NCBI GenBank assembly: GCA_044507815.1
Contig: JBIQIX010000010.1
Coordinates: forward strand, 68,431 to 132,430
Direction of reading: 5' to 3'
DNA from: Flavobacteriales bacterium
Lineage (GTDB): Bacteria; Bacteroidota; Bacteroidia; Flavobacteriales_F; PHOS-HE28
Length of the DNA stretch: 64,000 nucleotides
A program made the position numbers and the translations under genes. Under the pieces are notes generated by a model. The model made no database searches. It saw only the letters and a list, made by a program, of their open reading frames with translations, and was not told where the DNA came from. Every line of letters begins with the position of its first letter. Positions within the stretch are counted from its first letter, which is position 1. This document shows, one piece after another, positions 40,221 through 50,104 of the stretch.

Positions 40221-42068
40221 CTACTCTTTTACAAAGGCCGCGCTTTGCGTGCTGCTGCCGCCGGGCAATACCACCCGCAGGCTGTACCAGCCCTTGGCGA
40301 GCTGGCCGGTGGGCAGTTCGCCCTTCACCTGTCCGCGCCACATTCCTTGTGCTTGCCGGGCCACCACGCGGCCCAGGGCGTCCTGCACCTCCAGGCTTCC
40401 GGTGCCCTCATCGGTGCTGGTGAACAGCACTTGCAGCCGGTCGCGGGCGGGATTGGGGAAAAGCACAGGCCTGCCCCAGGCCATGCCGCCCATGAAGGCC
40501 ACCACCACCTCGGACAGTTCGGCCCTGCCGTCCACATCCACTTGGTTCAGCCGGTAATAATTGGCGCCGCTCAGGGGTGCATCGTCGGTGAACAGGTATT
40601 CCACGCGCTGCTGGCTGTTGCGCATGGCGGCCACCTGGCCCACCGTGTGGAACGTATTGCCGTCGGCGCTGCGCTGCACCTCGAAGTAGGCGGCATCCTG
40701 CTCGGTGGCGGTGGCCCACAGTACATCGATCGTGGAAACGCGCGCCCGGGCATCAAGGGACAACAGTTCCACGGGCAGCGTGGTGCAGTTGAGCGAGGTG
40801 CCCCCGGTAAGGTTCCAGGTGAGGCTGAAGTTCTGGCCGGTGGCCGACCAATTGTCGATGTACAGCACGTACACCTTGCCGGCCAGCACGTTCAGCGGCG
40901 CAACCCATCCGTTGTTCGAATTGGGGGGTCTGCCGGCCCCTTCCGAAAAATCCGTTGCACCGTTGCCCATTCCGCCCACGTACGAGTTGTAATAAGCATT
41001 GTCGAAATAACTGCACCGCACAGGAGGCACGTTTGGGCATTGTGCCGCATCAAACGGGCCCCACAGGGCAAAATCGTAATCATCGTTCCCGGACGGCGTT
41101 AGCGTGAAGCCCAGCGTGCCGGCCGTGCTGGGGGAGAAGAAGTACCAGGAACCTTGGCGTTCGTTGTTCAACAGGCAACCGCGATTGGTGGCGTTAAGAT
41201 CGATCGAGCATCCGGGCGTTGTGGCATTCTGGGTAATGCTTTGGCCGCTGCATACGGTAACGCCCCCAACGCAATCCTGGGGTTGTGCAGCTGTGGAAGC
41301 CGTGCAGCTCGCTATTATCTTGTATGGCTTATTCTGCATAACCGGCCGGTCGGTACGGAAGAGGCATTGACCAGCACCGGTCACCTCAAAAGAATTCTGG
41401 GTATAGTACAATGCTCCACCCGAATAATAGATGAATTGTACCTCATCCCCCTCATTCACCCAAATGTCCGCCACACCGGCAGAGCCTGAGTTCAAGGTCC
41501 ATGCGCCCATGTTCATGCCATTAACCAATACCACAACGTATGCAGTACCCACCCAATCACTCCAGCCGTTGTTCCCTGAATCGTACAAATGGAGTTCCAA
41601 TTTGCATTGTACATTATATAGGCACAATGTCCCGTTCATGGCGCTGTTGTTTGTGCCTTGCACCCGCACGTAATAGCGCGTGCCGGGCACGGTGGCCACC
41701 GTCACCTGTTCGGCACCGTTGGCCCCCAGGTTATCGGCGCATGCCAGCACGGGGCCCGTGCACGAGGCGAGCACGTGCAGAATGGCATCCGCCCCGCTGG
41801 TTGTCGGCGTGTATTTCACCAAGGTGGCGGTGCTGGTGGCCACGAACGACCCCCAGGCATCGTCCAAGCTGCTGGCACCGCAGCCGCCCGGGTTGTAGGT
41901 GGCCGTGTAACTGGAGGGCTTGTTGAAGCCCAGCGGCACGCAGGTGCCATTTACCGGATAGGTATTGGCCGCGGCATTGGTGCACGCATTGCTGCTGTTT
42001 TGCCCGTGCAGCTGGCCGCTGAACAGGGCCATAACGCACGCCATCGGTGGAAGTAGGATCGAACGCAT
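40221..42068 (-). CDS. secreted hypothetical protein with T9SS C-terminal sorting domain
   Basis: Signal peptide. Cys-containing, N/T/G-rich beta-rich body. C-terminal LFPNPARDRLQVLF...WYSLRVVLPGGSSTQSAAFVKE T9SS-type domain. Confidence 0.6.
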   Translation of the reverse strand: MRSILLPPMACVMALFSGQLHGQNSSNACTNAAANTYPVNGTCVPLGFNKPSSYTATYNPGGCGASSLDDAWGSFVATSTATLVKYTPTTSGADAILHVLASCTGPVLACADNLGANGAEQVTVATVPGTRYYVRVQGTNNSAMNGTLCLYNVQCKLELHLYDSGNNGWSDWVGTAYVVVLVNGMNMGAWTLNSGSAGVADIWVNEGDEVQFIYYSGGALYYTQNSFEVTGAGQCLFRTDRPVMQNKPYKIIASCTASTAAQPQDCVGGVTVCSGQSITQNATTPGCSIDLNATNRGCLLNNERQGSWYFFSPSTAGTLGFTLTPSGNDDYDFALWGPFDAAQCPNVPPVRCSYFDNAYYNSYVGGMGNGATDFSEGAGRPPNSNNGWVAPLNVLAGKVYVLYIDNWSATGQNFSLTWNLTGGTSLNCTTLPVELLSLDARARVSTIDVLWATATEQDAAYFEVQRSADGNTFHTVGQVAAMRNSQQRVEYLFTDDAPLSGANYYRLNQVDVDGRAELSEVVVAFMGGMAWGRPVLFPNPARDRLQVLFTSTDEGTGSLEVQDALGRVVARQAQGMWRGQVKGELPTGQLAKGWYSLRVVLPGGSSTQSAAFVKE

Positions 42069-42239
42069 GGCAAACCCGGATCAAAGAGCAACCAAAAAGA
42101 AGCATTTATTCGACGAATGTCAAATGCTAACACATGAATGTTGAATAATAGACGATTAAATTACGGGAAACCCCCCAAAATCGGGAGGGGATGCGGCCAT
42201 GCCGCCCCGCATTCACACGGTTTGCTTCACGTTTGCCGT

Positions 42240-42865
42240 TCAGGCGGCCCGCCCCAGCACCGGTTCGCTGGGCAGGCCCTCGCCCATGGCGCCCACGGCG
42301 GTTACCCGGAACCAATAGGCCCTGTAAGGTTCCAGGCCCTGCATCAAGTGCGCCACTTTGCCGGTTACCGCGGCCAAGCGCCATTCGGCCCCTTCGTTGG
42401 TGGGCAGTTGCTCGCAAATAGCAATGTGGTAGATGCGTCGGTTGCGCACCCCGCTCCACCTGAGTTCCATTTCGCCGCTTCGGCCTGTCATACGGGTGCC
42501 AATTATGGTGGGGGCCGGCAGTACTTGGGGCTGTGCGGGCTTTTTGGCCAGGCCGAAGCCTGAGCTTTCGATCATGGCCGCATTGCCGGCGGCCTGCATG
42601 CGCACATAATCGGCCATGCGCCGCAGTACGGCACAAACCGCCTGTACCTGGTCGTCGCGCTGAAGCTTGCTGGCCCGGCTGCCCTCATGGGCCTCGGTGA
42701 TGGCCAGTCCCAGGCGGTCGGCCATTTCCTCCAGTTGCGCCGCTGCCACCGGCGGTGCGGGGAAGTCCGGATTGTCCTTCATGCCCGTTGCCACATGCAG
42801 GGCAAGTTCGCGTACCCGGGCGGGGGTGAGCCCCTTGAGGCCAAGTTTGAGGCTTGCTTTCATGA
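42240..42865 (-). CDS. hypothetical protein with C-terminal fibronectin-III-like domain
   Basis: Start moved to MKASLKLGLKG (208 aa). C-terminal ELRWSGVRNRRIYHIAICE...YWFRVTAVGAMGEG resembles an FN3 fold. No signal peptide. Confidence 0.4.
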
Positions 42866-43239
42866 TCTTATCGACGGTTTTGGTGCATTTCGCCCACGAA
42901 TTGGTGCTTGGAAGGGCAATACGTCCGACAGGGTTACCGGGCGTGCCCGGCCGGTTGCGGTGCCTGTGCCGAGCGGCAGGCCGTGGCATGCCGCGCGTGC
43001 CGCGGCTTGGCCCCGCCTGCATGGCCGCCCCCTGGCGGCCGGATGCGGCCATGCCCCCTGTTGGATGCCGGGCCGGGTGCGGGAGGGTGAAGGGCCTTAC
43101 CCAAGCGGCGGGCTCTCCGCTACCCAACGGGTGATGGCTTGCACCCAAGAGGATGCCGAGTGGCCCCCGCACGGTGCCGCGGCCGCCTGCGCCCGGGTAT
43201 TGCGGCCCACCCTGCCGCTTGGTGCACACACCTTGCGGA

Positions 43240-43455
43240 AGATGCAGGTGAGGAAGGAGATGAAGGTGAGGTAAGGAGAGGAAGGAGAAGAAGGTCAGGA
43301 ACGAGAGGAAGGTGATGAAGGAACGACCTCCCTTACCCTACTTACCTCCCTTACCCTCCTCACTAACTTTACCAAACACCGAAGGTGCGGCAGGAAAAGA
43401 AGGAAATGCAGGAGAGGAAGGTGAGGAAAGAGATGAAGGAACGCGCAAACAGCAG
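43240..43455. repeat. purine-rich (GAAGGA-like) / pyrimidine-rich low-complexity block with inverted-repeat potential
   Basis: Read directly: a ~75-nt GA-rich run (gaggaaggagatgaaggtgaggtaaggagagg...), a ~45-nt CT-rich run (cctcccttaccctacttacctcccttaccctcctc), then a ~65-nt GA-rich run. The CT run is complementary to GGTAAGGGAGG-type segments of the GA runs. Confidence 0.75.
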
Positions 43456-43462
43456 CTGAGCC

Positions 43463-45541
43463 TCACTTCCCCTCCAACTCCTTCAGCTTTCTGTCCAACA
43501 GGTATTGGCGCAGGGCATCGGCGCGTTGGTTCAGTTCCTGTATGTACAGGGCCTGGTCCTCCACGGCGATCCAAAGCTGGTTGGTGAGCTGGTCCAAGCT
43601 GGCCGGGCCGTTGCGTTGCCAGGCCTCACGGCCATCCACGTTGGGCAGTCGGCGTTCGCGCTCCACGTAATTGGGCAGTTCCTTCAACGGAACCCGCACG
43701 TAATTGCTGGCCCCCTTGGCATCCTCGGGTTTGGCCTGGCCATCGTAGTACAGGTCGAACACGTAATCGGTGAGCAGGGTATTGTCGCTGTACACGCTCC
43801 GCTGGGCGTTCAGTGTGCCCGGCCCACGGAAATTGCCCGGGGTGGTGGCCCAGGTGGCCGAGCCCACCATAAGGCCCTCGTTGGCGGTGATGTAATTGCC
43901 CACATCATACAGGGCGCCGCCACCGATGTATTTGGCCAGGAACGCCACACGCGGCAGGGCCTGCGTACGGGCCGGGTTGCCGCCACCGGTGTAGCCGTAG
44001 GTGCCATCACAGGTGCGGGTGTTGGTTCCGTTGGTCATGAACCAACCGCTTACCCAGCCCCAACCGGCCACGTTGGCATTTGTTCCTTGGTAACCGTTGG
44101 TGGGGCTGGAGGGCGGGTACACATAGCCTGCCGGGGGCGCTGTGGACCAGTTGCATGCGCCGGACGACGGGTGGCCGCAAGCATCGCAATAGGTGGATAT
44201 GGTGCTGACATAGCTGGTCGTATAGGTATACACTGAGCCACTTTGGATAGAGGGTGAAGTCCACTCCTGGTTATCCAGGGAAGCATCCAGCAACAGGTTC
44301 TGGCCGCTCCACACAAAAGGGGCCGTGCCGTTCAGCCCGTCCGGGGCATGCACATTCCAGCCCGTGTTCACCATATACCCGGTAAGGTGGTCAGTTGGGT
44401 AGGATGTCGGCGTGTTCGTTGGGAAATCCGGCAGGGCGAATAGCGAAAGCCCATTGTCATCGAACAAGTTCGTGGTGGTGGCGGTCGTATTCTTCATGCT
44501 GAAACGCAGATAGTGTATGCGCCCGTTTGCTGAGCCTACACTATTCACATAAAAGGCGATGGCGCGGATGGGGTTGGAGGGACCCGGGCACAAGCCTGTG
44601 GCGTTGATGTCGCTGGCCAGATAGAGGTATTGCCTGCGGCCGTCCTCCCAATAGGTGTAATAGGGTGAGGTTGGCCCGCTGAAGTAGCCGAAGCCTGTGC
44701 TCGGCCCCGGTATGGGCCACGGCCGATCACCGTCCTCAACCGAGGTGCCGACAAGAGCGGGATTTGATACGTCCTGGCAACCGCCGGCCTGGCTGGTGCG
44801 CTGTTGGTATTTGCGCTCGTAGAAATTGTTGTCCAGCTGCCTCCATCCGGCCACGGTACCCGTGCCGGCATTGTTCACATAGCCTTGGAAACTGCCGGGT
44901 GCCCCCCCGCTGGGCGGAACGAACACCATGGTGCCCTCGTTGGCGGCCGTTCCTGCGGGTGGCATTACACTGGCATTGCCCGAAAGCTTCACCGCCCCCT
45001 GCACGTACACCAGTTCGCTGTTGATGTTCGAGCTCTCCTGGTTGTAGGAGCCGTAGGTGGCCGGGTAATTGCCCGCATAGAGCTGCAACAGACCGGCCTC
45101 GGTAAGGCGGCCGCGGTCCTGATCGCTGGTGCGGAACACCAAGGGCCTGTTATTCACCGAGCCCAAGAAATCGTTGGCCCCGGTGCCGGCATTGCCGCCG
45201 AGCTTCCAGGCGCGGCCCCAGGGCAAATGGCGCCAGATCGCGGGTGGCGTGCCCGCATCGTAATAGTAGTAGCCTTTTGGCTCGGAGCCCGCCGAATCGG
45301 TCTGGTACACGATCAGGCCATCGGGCAGGCCCATGGACATGGACGGTGAGTTGCGCTCGCTGCGCGTCATGCGCGGGGCCAGCAGCCCGCGCGTGGTGCT
45401 CTTGATGTCGAGCAGGGCATTTCCGGCGGGCGGCGAGCCATCGGCATTGATGGCCACTTGGGCGGAAAGGGCCAGGGCCATGGCCGCTGCCGCGGGCAGC
45501 AACAGGGCCCTGGGTGTCAATAGGTGCATGGGGCGGATCAT
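43463..45541 (-). CDS. secreted paralog A of a three-gene family (tail-fibre/adhesin-like, unknown function)
   Basis: Start MIRPMHLLTPRALLLPAAAAMALALSAQ overlaps the paralog B stop in an ATGA arrangement. Conserved N-module INxxGxxPxxxALLDIxSxxRGLLxPRMTxxxR...GLxVYQTD. Conserved C-module HLPNVDGREAWQRNGPASLDQLTNQLWIAVEDQALYIQEL. Confidence 0.6.
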   Translation of the reverse strand: MIRPMHLLTPRALLLPAAAAMALALSAQVAINADGSPPAGNALLDIKSTTRGLLAPRMTRSERNSPSMSMGLPDGLIVYQTDSAGSEPKGYYYYDAGTPPAIWRHLPWGRAWKLGGNAGTGANDFLGSVNNRPLVFRTSDQDRGRLTEAGLLQLYAGNYPATYGSYNQESSNINSELVYVQGAVKLSGNASVMPPAGTAANEGTMVFVPPSGGAPGSFQGYVNNAGTGTVAGWRQLDNNFYERKYQQRTSQAGGCQDVSNPALVGTSVEDGDRPWPIPGPSTGFGYFSGPTSPYYTYWEDGRRQYLYLASDINATGLCPGPSNPIRAIAFYVNSVGSANGRIHYLRFSMKNTTATTTNLFDDNGLSLFALPDFPTNTPTSYPTDHLTGYMVNTGWNVHAPDGLNGTAPFVWSGQNLLLDASLDNQEWTSPSIQSGSVYTYTTSYVSTISTYCDACGHPSSGACNWSTAPPAGYVYPPSSPTNGYQGTNANVAGWGWVSGWFMTNGTNTRTCDGTYGYTGGGNPARTQALPRVAFLAKYIGGGALYDVGNYITANEGLMVGSATWATTPGNFRGPGTLNAQRSVYSDNTLLTDYVFDLYYDGQAKPEDAKGASNYVRVPLKELPNYVERERRLPNVDGREAWQRNGPASLDQLTNQLWIAVEDQALYIQELNQRADALRQYLLDRKLKELEGK

Positions 45542-47871
45542 GGGCGGGCGTGGGCTTGGGGGGTGCGTTTGCGCATGGCCTCGATCAGGCGGGCCTTTTG
45601 GGCATCGGTATAGCCCGGCAAGGTGGCCAGTTGGCCGCTGGCGGCGCGGAACTCGGCCAGGTTGAGCGGCCGGTCGTTGGCCAGCAGTTCGATCAGGTTC
45701 AATTGGTCGTGCAGGTCGGCCACGTACAGGGCGTGCGTTTCCGCGGTGGTCCACAGCTGGTTGGTCAGGTCGCCCAGGGAGAACCCGCCGCTGCGGTTCC
45801 AGTCCTCACGCCCCCGCATGGTGGGCAGGTGGCGGTTCCGCTGGGTGAAGCGGGCCATTTCCTCCACGCTCAGCAGCCGCTGCCGGCCGAAATCCGCGGC
45901 CTCGGCGGCCGCCACCCGGCCATCGAAGGCGCGGTCGAACACGTGGTCGTTCAGCCTTACCCCATTGTCGTAAATGCCTTTCTGCGCACTGATGGTGCCG
46001 TTGCCGGCGTAATTCCAATAGGTGTACAGGTTGGGGAACCCTGGCCGCATGCGGCCCCAGGGCAGGCCCGGGCTCATGCTGTTGATCCGGGCGGCAGCCG
46101 TGCTGTCCTCCAAGATCAACGCACCGGGGTAGGAGATGAAATTCGCCGTGCCGGATGGAACTGGACCCGAAACGCTGGACACCGTGCCCCCGAAACGGAT
46201 GATCGGGCGGTATTTCGATGGACCCCGATTATAGCCAGTTGGCCCGCCGGAGACCGTACCCAAATCCGGGAACAGCAATTGCTTATTTAGGGTGGCGGGG
46301 TTGAAAAGTGCCTGCGGGCCCCACGCCGCGTTGGGGTACGGGTTGGTGAGCGGCACGTAGGGCGGAGTAGGACTCACCGATTTCGTATTCGCAGCGTAGG
46401 TCATGTTATTCGCTGCCGATGGTATGCACCGAACATTCGCAGGACCACCATAAGTTGATCCAATTGCAATTGCGACAACCAGTTCCACAATGATCGGGCT
46501 TTTCCCGTCCCAAATGAACGGCGTGGTCAGGTTAACCATGTCCCAGCCTTGGACACCAACGGGCACGTTCGGCCATTGCGCGGGGAGAGGCCCCCAACCG
46601 GTGCTCGCTGGATCGCTGGGCGGTGTGTTGTCGAAGCCATCCAGCCGATCAAGGCCAAGCGGTGCGTTGCGCACGATGATATGGGATTGACCCGGCATGG
46701 TCGACTCTTGATAACCACCACTAGAGTTATTCACATAAAAGCCCACTTGGTTCACCGGCTGGTGGGGGCACAGCCCCTGTTCGGCCAATGGGTTCACGGC
46801 CTGCGAAAGCTCCAAGTTGAGTTCGCTGGGCAAGTACAGGTATTGGTGCCGATATTTTGGAATATACAGGTTTGGTGGTGCTATAGGATTCCGCCAATAT
46901 GGACTCACCAGTTCCTTTTCCGTTGTCCCGTTCACCACAGCAGTTAAGCTATTGGACCCAATGATCGGGTTGGGTGCTGGCGAGGGGATCTCTGTAAAAC
47001 TGTTCGGGGTGCATACCGGTTCCCTCACATCGGTCCACGCTTTCCCCGCCACCACCTTGTAGGGGTTTTCGAAGGCCCGCCACCCTCCCCTGCTGGGTTG
47101 GGTAAATGTAGGGGGGGCGGTGCTGGTGGAATTGCCGGGCTTCGGCCCGCGGCCATCCACATTGCCCCAATGGGCGGCATAAAACAAGGGGGCCAAGGCG
47201 TTGTTCACCGTGCCCACCACATCGGATGATATGATGGCCGTAGCAAACTCCTTCTCTTCCAGGCTGCCGAGCTTGTAGGGGCCTGTGCCCATCAGCGTGC
47301 CGAAAGGTTGGTTGCGCACCACGCCCGGGGCATTGGTATCGCTGGGTTTTTGCCCGGCTGGTGGTTCGTAATAGATCTGCAGCCTGCCATTGATGTCCAA
47401 CCGCTCCTGGGGCGGCGTGCCAGCTGTATAACCCACGGCCAAATAGCCGGTGGTGCCGCTGAGGTGCATGCGGTGCAGGTTGTTGGTGCGGAAGTTCAAC
47501 GGCTTGCCATCGGTGGTGCCGATGAAATTGGGATTGGGGGTGCCCACCAAGTGGTTGCCGTGCAGGTCCCAATTGTTCTTGCCCGCCTCCAGCGGTTTCC
47601 ATACGCCGCCATCCACCACGTTGAAGCCGCCCCCGGCGCCGGTGCGGTACATGGTAAGCCCATCGGGCAGCCCGGCCGCGGCCGGCAGGCTTGCGGTGCG
47701 GGGGATCAGCAGCCCTTGGCTGATGGAGGAAAGATCAAGCAGGGCCTTGGGGTGCGCTGCCGCTCCCGTGGTGTTAATGGCAATGTTGCCATTCTGTGCC
47801 CAGGCCACCCCGGCCGTGGCCAGCAACAGCCCCAGGGCCGCCGAACGGGCGATGCGGTTATGGTTGCTCAT
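45538..47871 (-). CDS. secreted paralog B of the same family
   Basis: Signal peptide MSNHNRIARSAALGLLLATAGVAWAQ. The same N-module (NIAINTTGAAAHPKALLDLSSISQGLLIPRTASLPAAAGLPDGLTMYRTG) and C-module (HLPTMRGREDWNRSGGFSLGDLTNQLWTTAETHALYVADL). ATGA coupling on both sides. Confidence 0.6.
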   Translation of the reverse strand: MSNHNRIARSAALGLLLATAGVAWAQNGNIAINTTGAAAHPKALLDLSSISQGLLIPRTASLPAAAGLPDGLTMYRTGAGGGFNVVDGGVWKPLEAGKNNWDLHGNHLVGTPNPNFIGTTDGKPLNFRTNNLHRMHLSGTTGYLAVGYTAGTPPQERLDINGRLQIYYEPPAGQKPSDTNAPGVVRNQPFGTLMGTGPYKLGSLEEKEFATAIISSDVVGTVNNALAPLFYAAHWGNVDGRGPKPGNSTSTAPPTFTQPSRGGWRAFENPYKVVAGKAWTDVREPVCTPNSFTEIPSPAPNPIIGSNSLTAVVNGTTEKELVSPYWRNPIAPPNLYIPKYRHQYLYLPSELNLELSQAVNPLAEQGLCPHQPVNQVGFYVNNSSGGYQESTMPGQSHIIVRNAPLGLDRLDGFDNTPPSDPASTGWGPLPAQWPNVPVGVQGWDMVNLTTPFIWDGKSPIIVELVVAIAIGSTYGGPANVRCIPSAANNMTYAANTKSVSPTPPYVPLTNPYPNAAWGPQALFNPATLNKQLLFPDLGTVSGGPTGYNRGPSKYRPIIRFGGTVSSVSGPVPSGTANFISYPGALILEDSTAAARINSMSPGLPWGRMRPGFPNLYTYWNYAGNGTISAQKGIYDNGVRLNDHVFDRAFDGRVAAAEAADFGRQRLLSVEEMARFTQRNRHLPTMRGREDWNRSGGFSLGDLTNQLWTTAETHALYVADLHDQLNLIELLANDRPLNLAEFRAASGQLATLPGYTDAQKARLIEAMRKRTPQAHARP

Positions 47872-49937
47872 GGCTTGGTGGTAAGGGTGGTTTTGTGGCG
47901 AATGGCCTGCACCAAATGCTCTTTTTGCGGTGGCGTAAGCCGTTTGCTCTCCTGTATTTCCTTGATCAGTTCACCGGCACGCTCGGCCGAAATGGGCCCG
48001 CCGAAGCTCATTTCCTCCAAGGCGGCCAGGTCCTTTTCCAACTGGCTGATGTACAGGGCCTGGTCCTCCACGGTTTGCCACAGGCCGGTGGCCAGCTTGC
48101 CCAAGCTTGCGCCCCCTGTGCTTTCCCATTGCTGGCGGCTGGGCATGTTGGGCAGGTGCCGTTGTTTTTCGAGCGTTTCGCGCAGTTGCGGCAGGCCGAT
48201 GTAGGCATAGCCCACGGCCGCGGCCTCATCGGCGGGCTTCACCACGCCATCGAAATAGCGGTCGAACACATGGTCGCTGAGCAGGGTATTGCCATCGTAC
48301 ACGCCGCGTTGCGCCTTCACATTGCCCGGACCCCGGAAGGGTGTGCTGTTGGCCCAAGCATTGTCGCCGATGTGCACCGAGCCATCGTACTGCAGAATAT
48401 TGGCCTGCCGGGTAACGGTGCTGGGGGTGGCCACGGTGGCGGTGAAGCGGGTAACGGGGCGCCAATTATGGATCCCGACCGAAGTTGAAGGCGGTGCCGG
48501 GTTATCCCACAACGCTGCGCGACTGCCCAAATTAGAATTGGGATTTTGGGTGTTGATCACATACTTGGTCCGGTTATACCCGGTGATCTGCTGCAATTCC
48601 ACTTTCGGGCCAACCCCTGTACCCACGCTCCGGCTCCAGTTGATGTCGATCACCAGGTTCTGGCCCACATTCAGCGTAATGGGGTTGGTGAGGTTGAAGG
48701 TGATCCAGCCGGGGGCCGGCGTTAAAAGAGTGAATGAGCCACGGACCGGGGTTTGTGTGCGGATGTTGGCGTCCATCCATCCAAAATAGGGATCTGGATT
48801 GAGCAATGTGCCGGCTGAAGGCGCGCCTCCACGGATCTCCCCTTCCAACCGCGTTGCCCCGGTGGGGTTGTCCAGGGTCTCCTGGTCCAAGCAGAAAAAA
48901 GCGATCTCGGTAATGGTGGCCGGGAAGCAGATGCCCGCTTGCACCAATTCGTTATAGCTATATACGTATTGTACCCGGTATTCGCCCTGGACCCCCGTGC
49001 CGTACGGCCCGTAGTTGGTGGCAAAAGGACTGTAGATGTTGGCGGGGCTATTGGTGGTATTTGTTACCGGCACGGGGCTGAGCACGCCTGTTTGGGCATA
49101 GCCCTGCCCACCCTGGCAGGCCACGGTATCCTTGAGGAAATTGCGCGGCGGCGAGATCAGGTTCTCGGCATTGTCCATTTGCGCCCAATAGGGCTTGGAG
49201 CTGCCGATGCCGGTCAGGCCGGTGTCCAATGTTCCCCAGAAGGCATTGGGGTTGGCGATTGTTTGCGCGCCGCCGTCCAGCGTGCCGTAGCGCATGGCAC
49301 CGGGCCTGGGATCGGCCATGGGGGTGCCGTTGCGCAGCCTGATGCCGCCATTCACCTCCAAGCGTTCGGTGGCCGGCCCCGGTGTGCCCAGGCCCACGAA
49401 GCCGCTTTTTACGTCCACCAGGTTGTACCCCATGCGCCATGCGGGCTCGGGGGCGGTGGCCACGGGCACGGAACGCATCCAAAGTTCCTTGTACGGCGAT
49501 GCGGTGCGGGTGCCCAGGAACTCCATGGCGCCGGTGGCCACATTGCCCACGGCATTGCCGCCGAGCAGCCAGGAGCGCATGGCATGGCTAAGGTGGCGCC
49601 ATTGGTTGGGCGCCGTATTGGCGTCCCAGTACCAAAGGCCCCGTGCGTTGGTGGTATCGGCGCTGGCGCCCACATCGGTCTGGTACACCAAAAGCCCGTT
49701 ATCCGCAGGCGTGGTGGCAATGGCCAGTCGCTGGGCCTCGGTCATGCGCGGCACCAACAGGCCCCGCTTGGATTGCGAGGACGGAATGTCGGTAACATCC
49801 AGGTCCAGCATGGCGGCCGGGTTGGGCGCCGCCGGTGGCGTTTTCACGTTGATCCCTACGTTCTGGGCCTGCGCAAGGAGGCAGGATGCGAGGGCGGTCA
49901 ACAACAGTTGTGCTCGAAGGCGTAACCGTATGGGCAT
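47868..49937 (-). CDS. secreted paralog C of the same family
   Basis: Start chosen at MPIRLRLRAQLLLTALASCLLAQAQ. N-module NVGINVKTPPAAPNPAAMLDLDV...RGLLVPRMTEAQRLAIATTPADNGLLVYQTD. C-module HLPNMPSRQQWESTGGASLGKLATGLWQTVEDQALYISQL. Confidence 0.6.
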   Translation of the reverse strand: MPIRLRLRAQLLLTALASCLLAQAQNVGINVKTPPAAPNPAAMLDLDVTDIPSSQSKRGLLVPRMTEAQRLAIATTPADNGLLVYQTDVGASADTTNARGLWYWDANTAPNQWRHLSHAMRSWLLGGNAVGNVATGAMEFLGTRTASPYKELWMRSVPVATAPEPAWRMGYNLVDVKSGFVGLGTPGPATERLEVNGGIRLRNGTPMADPRPGAMRYGTLDGGAQTIANPNAFWGTLDTGLTGIGSSKPYWAQMDNAENLISPPRNFLKDTVACQGGQGYAQTGVLSPVPVTNTTNSPANIYSPFATNYGPYGTGVQGEYRVQYVYSYNELVQAGICFPATITEIAFFCLDQETLDNPTGATRLEGEIRGGAPSAGTLLNPDPYFGWMDANIRTQTPVRGSFTLLTPAPGWITFNLTNPITLNVGQNLVIDINWSRSVGTGVGPKVELQQITGYNRTKYVINTQNPNSNLGSRAALWDNPAPPSTSVGIHNWRPVTRFTATVATPSTVTRQANILQYDGSVHIGDNAWANSTPFRGPGNVKAQRGVYDGNTLLSDHVFDRYFDGVVKPADEAAAVGYAYIGLPQLRETLEKQRHLPNMPSRQQWESTGGASLGKLATGLWQTVEDQALYISQLEKDLAALEEMSFGGPISAERAGELIKEIQESKRLTPPQKEHLVQAIRHKTTLTTKP

Positions 49938-50104
49938 GGGTAATGCATGGGTTGGGCGAAGACGAAGATAGGCATTTGCCGAAGCTGGCAAAGCCTTTGG
50001 GTTGGTGAGGTGGAAGGGATCCGGGGTTAGGGTTGTTGGGCTTCCACGTTGTGGAAGACGTGCGGGTTGTATGGTGGTTGCTTTTGTTGAAAAATTTTTC
50101 GGCC

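Noticed and set aside
43312-43587. 91-aa ORF with Pro/Glu/Gly-rich sequence inside the purine/pyrimidine block
   Set aside because: Its composition is dictated by the GA/CT simple sequence. There is no start context, and it overlaps an equally implausible minus-strand ORF.
43463-49937. Annotating the three paralogs as phage tail fibres
   Set aside because: The architecture is suggestive, but no baseplate, sheath, tube or capsid genes occur in the window. The C-module similarity to S74 chaperone tails is weak and recalled from memory. They are kept as unknown secreted paralogs.
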